From a virus, in IMG/VR virus record IMGVR_UViG_3300023174_000075, positions 60,428 through 124,427 of that record: a DNA stretch of 64,000 nucleotides, one strand, 5' to 3'. Positions within the stretch are counted from its first letter, which is position 1. The number at the start of each line of letters is the position of its first letter. The position numbers and the translations under genes are program-made. Positions 58,527-64,000 of this stretch are shown piece after piece. The notes beneath the pieces were generated by a model that saw only the letters and a list, made by a program, of their open reading frames with translations, was not told where the DNA came from and ran no database searches.

Positions 58527-59431
58527 ATTATATTATTTTCAATTATATAATCATATGTTTGTTTTACCCCATCATACAAATTAATAGGGTTAAATGATGG
58601 AATCTTTGATTTTAATATTTCAGAAGATACATCTTTCCTATATTGTCCATTTGGTTTAGTTGTATCATATTCTATTTCTATATGTTCAGCCCCACATGCT
58701 TTAAGAGCAATTTGAGCCATTTCTGTTATTGATAGATTTTCATCTATAGCTACATTCATATTATCGTAAATGTCATTATCTAAACAATATTTAATAACAT
58801 AAGCTAAATCATCAGAATACATAAATTGTCTTAATGGACTTCCATCCCCAAATAATGTTATTTTATCTTCATTATTTACTTTAGCATTATGGATTTTTTT
58901 AATTAATGCTGCTATGAAATGACTATTATCACCATACTTATCATATTCACCATATAAATTACAAGGTGTTAGATATTGATATTGGGTACCATATTGTTGG
59001 TTATAAGCTTCTATCTGTACCGCTAATGCTCGTTTAGCATATCCATATGAGAAATTAGTTTTTGTTGGTGGACCTAAATGTAACATATCTTCAGTTATTG
59101 GATATGATTCAACTATATCTGGGTAAATACATGTGCTTAGTATTCCTATAAATCTTTTTATATTATGTTGTTGAGCCCATTTTAATACTAGAGTATTCAT
59201 TATAATATTCTGATCAAAATAATCTGCAGGATATGTAATATTATCTACTATTCCTCCTACTTTAGCTGCTAAATGAATTACAGTATTAGGTTTAATATTA
59301 TTAAACATTTGATATACTTGCATCTCAGAAGTTAAATCATAATCTTTAGAAGAAATATAAGTAGCATCAGGTAAATATTTTTTTAAGGACTTACCTACCA
59401 TTCCACTACCTCCTGTAACTAATATTTTCAT
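58523..59431 (-). CDS. fcl: GDP-L-fucose synthase (or related GDP-sugar epimerase/reductase)
   Basis: TGGSGMVG, LAAKVGGI, STCIYP, YGYAKR, GDGSPLRQF. Confidence 0.9.
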   Translation of the reverse strand: MKILVTGGSGMVGKSLKKYLPDATYISSKDYDLTSEMQVYQMFNNIKPNTVIHLAAKVGGIVDNITYPADYFDQNIIMNTLVLKWAQQHNIKRFIGILSTCIYPDIVESYPITEDMLHLGPPTKTNFSYGYAKRALAVQIEAYNQQYGTQYQYLTPCNLYGEYDKYGDNSHFIAALIKKIHNAKVNNEDKITLFGDGSPLRQFMYSDDLAYVIKYCLDNDIYDNMNVAIDENLSITEMAQIALKACGAEHIEIEYDTTKPNGQYRKDVSSEILKSKIPSFNPINLYDGVKQTYDYIIENNII

Positions 59432-60036
59432 AACGTATTATAAAAGTTATTTTGTTTTTCTTGACGTTCAATTGTTTTAGGGTGAATTAAATCATATCCT
59501 TCTGGTAATGGAACTATTGTTTTAGCTCCAACTAAACGCTCATGTACTTTATTTATCCATTTTATTTCAGGAATATTTTTAAGTATACGTGTTTGATAAT
59601 CAGGATAATTAACCCATCCATCTTGATTAACATACCATCCCCATTTTTGAATGTGTTCTTGAGCTAAACCTTCTACTGTATTAATTCGTGGTACAGCATA
59701 TAATTCAACATCAGGATTCATCTCTAGTATCTGAGGAAGTGATAATATCAATTCATCTGATAGGAATTCATCTGCGTCAATTTGAAAAATATAGTCTTTT
59801 GTGCAGTTGGATTTTAGATTATTCTTAAATGAAGCAAAATCCCCATTTAAAGCAAATTCAGTTCGTTTTACAATAGGGTAACTATCAACAACATACTCCA
59901 CTTCTGGAGTAGATGTTGTGTCAAGTTGTATTGTTATTTCGTCTTCAGGACGGATATGTTCTGTTAATTGTTCTAATAAACGATTTAATTCAACATGTTC
60001 ATTACATGCTGTAATTGCATAACTAATTGAGGGCAT
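59428..60036 (-). CDS. glycosyltransferase family 2
   Basis: FQIDADE, YPDYQTR, W.NKVHE. Confidence 0.85.
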   Translation of the reverse strand: MPSISYAITACNEHVELNRLLEQLTEHIRPEDEITIQLDTTSTPEVEYVVDSYPIVKRTEFALNGDFASFKNNLKSNCTKDYIFQIDADEFLSDELILSLPQILEMNPDVELYAVPRINTVEGLAQEHIQKWGWYVNQDGWVNYPDYQTRILKNIPEIKWINKVHERLVGAKTIVPLPEGYDLIHPKTIERQEKQNNFYNTL

Positions 60037-60040
60037 AACA

Positions 60041-60433
60041 TTATTTTTGATTAAAGTAACCTATATATTCTAACGCATCCATAAAGTCGCGTTCAGGGAA
60101 TTCTTTTTTGGTGGTCATATCTGCTTTATCATCTTTAGATTGTACAGCTGACCATTGCCAATCTTCTGTTGATGTACCTTCAGCAAATACCATTGATTTA
60201 TCATCTAGCATTACACTATTAGGATACCAGTATTTTCCATCAGCATCTTTAAATCTAAGTGCTTTATATAGTTCTGGAAGTGTTAATTCCATTTGGTTTA
60301 CATTATCTTTAGTAATAGTTGTATTAGATGTAAATCCACATCCCATACATAACCATATTGTTATTTTATCATTTGACATTTCACTACATGCATTTGATCC
60401 GCATCTAGGACAATCTATTAATTTTTCAGTCAT
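60041..60433 (-). CDS. zinc-ribbon hypothetical protein
   Basis: CPRCG...C..CGF. Confidence 0.65.
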   Translation of the reverse strand: MTEKLIDCPRCGSNACSEMSNDKITIWLCMGCGFTSNTTITKDNVNQMELTLPELYKALRFKDADGKYWYPNSVMLDDKSMVFAEGTSTEDWQWSAVQSKDDKADMTTKKEFPERDFMDALEYIGYFNQK

Positions 60434-60434
60434 T

Positions 60435-60641
60435 TTAAAATATTGTATTAGTTGTTAATTCGTCTTGTTTGTAAGTAGTATCTGTTGTTTTTCCATAACT
60501 AACAGTCCAATATGGTTTTTTATCTGTATTTACTTTATCTAATTGTTCTCTAATATCATCCCATTGTTTAGGAGTCAAAGTAAAACTATTAGCAGCTTGA
60601 GCAAATCCTTTTAACCATATTATAAACTCATTTGGTGTCAT
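60435..60641 (-). CDS. hypothetical protein
   Basis: MTPNEFIIWLKGF, 68 aa. Confidence 0.65.
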   Translation of the reverse strand: MTPNEFIIWLKGFAQAANSFTLTPKQWDDIREQLDKVNTDKKPYWTVSYGKTTDTTYKQDELTTNTIF

Positions 60642-60642
60642 A

Positions 60643-61950
60643 TTAATCTACTTTTTTAAGTTTAGGTAATTCAATTTTCTTTAATTGAGGTAATTTAAGT
60701 TGAATTGATTGTTTAGGTACTTTTTCATCAATTAATTCAATTAATTTTTCACCCATTTTATCTAAACTAAATTCTGTACGTGAACGGTACGATTGTCTTT
60801 TTGCCCTATCAATATAGTTCTTATAGTTTTTATAAACATCTTCTAATGTTTCAGCTGCTTTTTTATAATCAACTGTAAACCATCCTGACTCAGGGATAAG
60901 CATATTCTGCATTACTGCTGAAGGGTGGATTTGAGCTATTTGCCCTGGCAGTAATATTGACATTTCAGCATCTAGAAAATCAGTATGTCCACTATAATTT
61001 GGGGCAATTACTGGTTTTTGGCTGATTGTTGCTTCAAGTAAGGGTCTACCATATCCTTCACCTTTAGTAAACGACACATGAGCTTTTACTTTAGGATGAT
61101 TATATAAGTCATTTACTTCACCATCTTCTAACTCACCATGAAGTAGATATATGTTTGGTAAATCTTTATCCCCTACATGGATTCGTATTTTATTTATTTT
61201 TTCTAATATTTCTTCTCTATCCATCACTGAGTATGTAGCGGATGATGTTTTTAAGATTAGTCCTGGTTTTTTGGATTTACCTTTAAATGTTTCAAGGAAT
61301 GTTTTAATTAACATACCTGTATCTTTTCTATCTTGTCCTAATTCACCTTGTAACCAATGACCTACAAATAAGAAATTAAATTCTTCATTAATTGTATCTA
61401 ATACATTTCCTACTTCACTATCAACTACTTTATCTAGTTTTTGATAAATGTTAGTATCAACACCTTCAAATAATACCTCTACTGGTTTATTTAATTTAAT
61501 TTCTCCTACTACTTGATTACCTTGATTTTTATCGCGTTGTTCAAATACTGATCCTTCAAATACTCGTTTAGCATGTTGAGATGATACTAGAGTTAAATCC
61601 ATTCTATTAACACCTTCAACCCAAGTTGCATCGCATACTGTTGTTTCAATGCCAGCTGTTACGCCAATGTTGAATTTACCAATTGCTTGAAATTCATTTG
61701 GTACTGTAATTTGCATCCAAACATCTGGTTGGCGTGGTAATTGAGGTTGTCCCCAAATACATTCCAATATCTGTTTATGTTCAGGATTATCTGCTTGTAA
61801 GAATCCAAATGGTGTATTACCCCATCTTTGTGGTATAATTTTTATATCGTATTTATCCGATTTTAAAAGCGCTTTTACAATATCTCTACTACGTGCTCCG
61901 TAGCCGCTGTACGTGTCTATTGGACAGCTTATAAAAAATAGTGGTTTCAT
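60643..61950 (-). CDS. glycosyltransferase family 4
   Basis: SGYG, RKD, GEGYGRPLLEA, SGHTDF. Confidence 0.85.
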   Translation of the reverse strand: MKPLFFISCPIDTYSGYGARSRDIVKALLKSDKYDIKIIPQRWGNTPFGFLQADNPEHKQILECIWGQPQLPRQPDVWMQITVPNEFQAIGKFNIGVTAGIETTVCDATWVEGVNRMDLTLVSSQHAKRVFEGSVFEQRDKNQGNQVVGEIKLNKPVEVLFEGVDTNIYQKLDKVVDSEVGNVLDTINEEFNFLFVGHWLQGELGQDRKDTGMLIKTFLETFKGKSKKPGLILKTSSATYSVMDREEILEKINKIRIHVGDKDLPNIYLLHGELEDGEVNDLYNHPKVKAHVSFTKGEGYGRPLLEATISQKPVIAPNYSGHTDFLDAEMSILLPGQIAQIHPSAVMQNMLIPESGWFTVDYKKAAETLEDVYKNYKNYIDRAKRQSYRSRTEFSLDKMGEKLIELIDEKVPKQSIQLKLPQLKKIELPKLKKVD

Positions 61951-61955
61951 ATAAC

Positions 61956-63416
61956 TTATTTTGCGATTGAATGTTTTACGTAATGTTTAGGTTGTTTAGG
62001 TGTTTCTACTTGAATTAATTCGAATCTATGACGTGGTTCCCATTTAGCAAAGGTTGCTTCAATACCTTCAATGATATTATCAGACATATGTTTTGCTGTC
62101 ATCATTGATTCATCTGAATGTACCCATTTGTAAGCAGCTTCACATTGTTCTTTGTATAATTCAGGATTTTGTGTTTTATTGAAATATAATTTTTCAATTT
62201 GAGCTGCAATATCAAATGGTTCTGCTCTATCATCATAGATATAAGGTGTTGGTATTGAACCTACAATTGATAAGTTGCTTGGGAATACTGGGTATGCCCA
62301 TTTACCATGTTTCTTATATTTACCTCTATGATTTGATCCAAATTCTTCAGTAAATTTAATCCAATTACCATCTTTATCTTCAAAGCGCATTTGATCTTGC
62401 ATACCACCTGTTACTGTTGCTATAATTGGTTTTCCACAAATCATTGCTTCAGTAAGTGATAATCCCCATCCTTCATTTGAACTAATTAAAGCACATCCAT
62501 CAGTAGCGTTGTAAAGTAAATTCATTATGTTTGATGGGTATTTATTTTCATCAAAGATAATATTGTATTTCTCTTCATTACCAAATAACATTTGTCTTAC
62601 TGCTTCTAAATCAGTTCCATTTTCATCTGCTATTTGTGTGTGTAATACTAAAGCGGTTTTCTTTGCTTTATCTTCTGGTAATTCATCCACAAATATCTTC
62701 CATGCTAACATTAAATCAGGAACACATTTACGACGGATGTTACGCGCATTATATAGTAAAGTAAAATCGTACTCTTTTCCTCCATATAATTGTTTTTTAA
62801 AGTCTTGTAATGCTAAGTATTCAGGATGTTCAGTTGTAATGGGGAAAAAGAATTTTTCATTAATTCCGTGTGGAACATACTTAATAACTTTATCTTTAGC
62901 TATTTCTTTCCCTAATACAGCATGATTTAGGTTTTCTGTTTGCTTACTAATTGCTAATAATGCATCACATGATTCATAGTAGGGCTTATTATACATTGGA
63001 TAAGGTAAATCATCCCAAATATTAAGGTAAATAATAGGTATTTCTTTCCTAATTTCATGTTCCATCTGGAATAGCCAAATCCAATATCTTGGATCAGTGA
63101 ACATCATTAATGCATCTGGTTTTTCCATTGCTATCATTTGTTTCAATAGCATTGGATCACCATATCCATTAATAGGATATAATGTTACACTAGCATCTGT
63201 TATACCAGCATGTTGGTTAGTATCACCATTAAGATCAAATCGTTTACCTTGATCTGGGTGGTTGATAGCTCCTCCTAAGTTTACCCAATTAAATCGGTGT
63301 GATGTACCTAATACGATTTCTCTAGCCATTGTAGAGATACCTGATGTCATTCTAATGTCATCGCAAAGTAGTAGGATTTTTTTACGTTTGGATTGTTCGA
63401 TATAACCTTCTTTCAT
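61956..63416 (-). CDS. glycosyltransferase family 4
   Basis: VPHGI, RNIRRK, NEGWGLSLTEAM, TGGMQDQ. Confidence 0.88.
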   Translation of the reverse strand: MKEGYIEQSKRKKILLLCDDIRMTSGISTMAREIVLGTSHRFNWVNLGGAINHPDQGKRFDLNGDTNQHAGITDASVTLYPINGYGDPMLLKQMIAMEKPDALMMFTDPRYWIWLFQMEHEIRKEIPIIYLNIWDDLPYPMYNKPYYESCDALLAISKQTENLNHAVLGKEIAKDKVIKYVPHGINEKFFFPITTEHPEYLALQDFKKQLYGGKEYDFTLLYNARNIRRKCVPDLMLAWKIFVDELPEDKAKKTALVLHTQIADENGTDLEAVRQMLFGNEEKYNIIFDENKYPSNIMNLLYNATDGCALISSNEGWGLSLTEAMICGKPIIATVTGGMQDQMRFEDKDGNWIKFTEEFGSNHRGKYKKHGKWAYPVFPSNLSIVGSIPTPYIYDDRAEPFDIAAQIEKLYFNKTQNPELYKEQCEAAYKWVHSDESMMTAKHMSDNIIEGIEATFAKWEPRHRFELIQVETPKQPKHYVKHSIAK

Positions 63417-63426
63417 GTAAATTTGT

Positions 63427-63618
63427 TTAAATACTTCCTGTAAATTGTGTGTCTAATGTGTTATGGATATTTTTTCTGTATTCTTCGTCTGTTAAGTATA
63501 GGAACATTGATCTTTCTGTTAATTTTTGAACACTGAACTTGTACTTAACACACGCGATTTTAAATTGTTCGAATAGATCTTCAGGGATCTTAACGGATGT
63601 TAATTGCATTTTTGCCAT
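63427..63618 (-). CDS. ribbon-helix-helix-like small DNA-binding protein
   Basis: LTSVKIPEDLFEQFK. Confidence 0.6.
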   Translation of the reverse strand: MAKMQLTSVKIPEDLFEQFKIACVKYKFSVQKLTERSMFLYLTDEEYRKNIHNTLDTQFTGSI

Positions 63619-63647
63619 AATAATATATTTTGATATAAATATATATG

Positions 63648-64000
63648 CTATGTAGAAACCGCGCTTTTATCGCAAAGTTCTGGTTTGTCTGCATATGGGC
63701 ACCATTTGCAACTACTCTCACCAATATTTTTAAGATATGACTTTATTTGTGGTTTCCCACTTTCATCAAAGCAATCTTTAATAAAGTTATTTAGATTTTC
63801 TACTGCTTGTTTTCTTTTGGTTTTACCGCTAGCGGGCTTAAAGGATTGAACCCTTGGGATTGCGAATTCAGACTTTTCCCAGATTTTCCTTTTGACAATA
63901 AAGTATTCAACTTCGATTCTATCAACGTCGAATCCAAATTGCCTTCCGAAATACTCTTTATAAAGGAGGATTTGAGCGAGTTTATTATCGTCCTTCTTTT
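63648..64000 (-). CDS. PD-(D/E)XK / Cas4-like exonuclease, C-terminal part (partial)
   Basis: Hand translation ...AQILLYKEY...SCKWCPY...LC*; QxxxY motif and CxxC-C cluster. Confidence 0.75.
   Translation of the reverse strand, partial: KKDDNKLAQILLYKEYFGRQFGFDVDRIEVEYFIVKRKIWEKSEFAIPRVQSFKPASGKTKRKQAVENLNNFIKDCFDESGKPQIKSYLKNIGESSCKWCPYADKPELCDKSAVST

Larger units (their letters stand above)
7940..63642 (-). promoter_or_regulatory. second recurrent upstream motif ATATTTAT (candidate late promoter)
   Basis: Plus-strand ATAAATAT 5-25 nt upstream of minus-strand starts near 7940, 10586, 14058, 15410, 16095, 18043, 25397, 32351, 36616, 37134, 38110, 39851, 41826, 42390, 63635. Confidence 0.65.

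Noticed and set aside
5623-62925. Other short plus-strand ORFs in the track
   Set aside because: Most are antisense shadows of convincing minus-strand genes, and none shows a recognisable domain
1-64000. Stop-codon recoding (TAG or TGA reassigned), as in some huge phages
   Set aside because: Long conserved genes are intact and tightly packed under the standard code, TAG ends several genes and the tmRNA tag, and no suppressor tRNA is seen
63648-64000. Cas4 as part of a CRISPR-Cas locus
   Set aside because: Stand-alone Cas4-like nucleases are common in phages; no array or other cas genes are visible

Overview
AT-rich, gene-dense window with essentially all real genes on the minus strand. It reads as part of a large lytic myovirus (jumbo/huge phage) genome, most likely with a Bacteroidota host (DUF4494-like gene, Bacteroidetes-type lipoprotein, A-rich translation starts without Shine-Dalgarno). 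From low to high coordinates: (1) 1-14 kb tail/baseplate module (partial LRR protein, large wedge protein, gp6-like, gp25-like, gp5-like) and a gp55-like sigma factor. (2) 16-36 kb array of small genes, most with their own copy of a GGCA-N10-11-CGTATATTCAC(GTTAACCAAAAA) promoter-like motif, including a GC-rich island encoding multi-AT-hook proteins, a RadA-like ATPase, DUF932 and free-standing HNH genes. (3) 36-42 kb lysis genes, a tmRNA interrupted in its T-loop by a compact group I intron with an HNH gene next to it, three tRNA or tRNA-like genes with structured spacers, UVR-motif proteins and ClpP. (4) 42-63 kb very large nucleotide-sugar/glycosyltransferase cluster containing an ACP-FabH-FabG-FabH-PhyH-acyltransferase module. 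All calls come from motifs read by eye; no searches were run.
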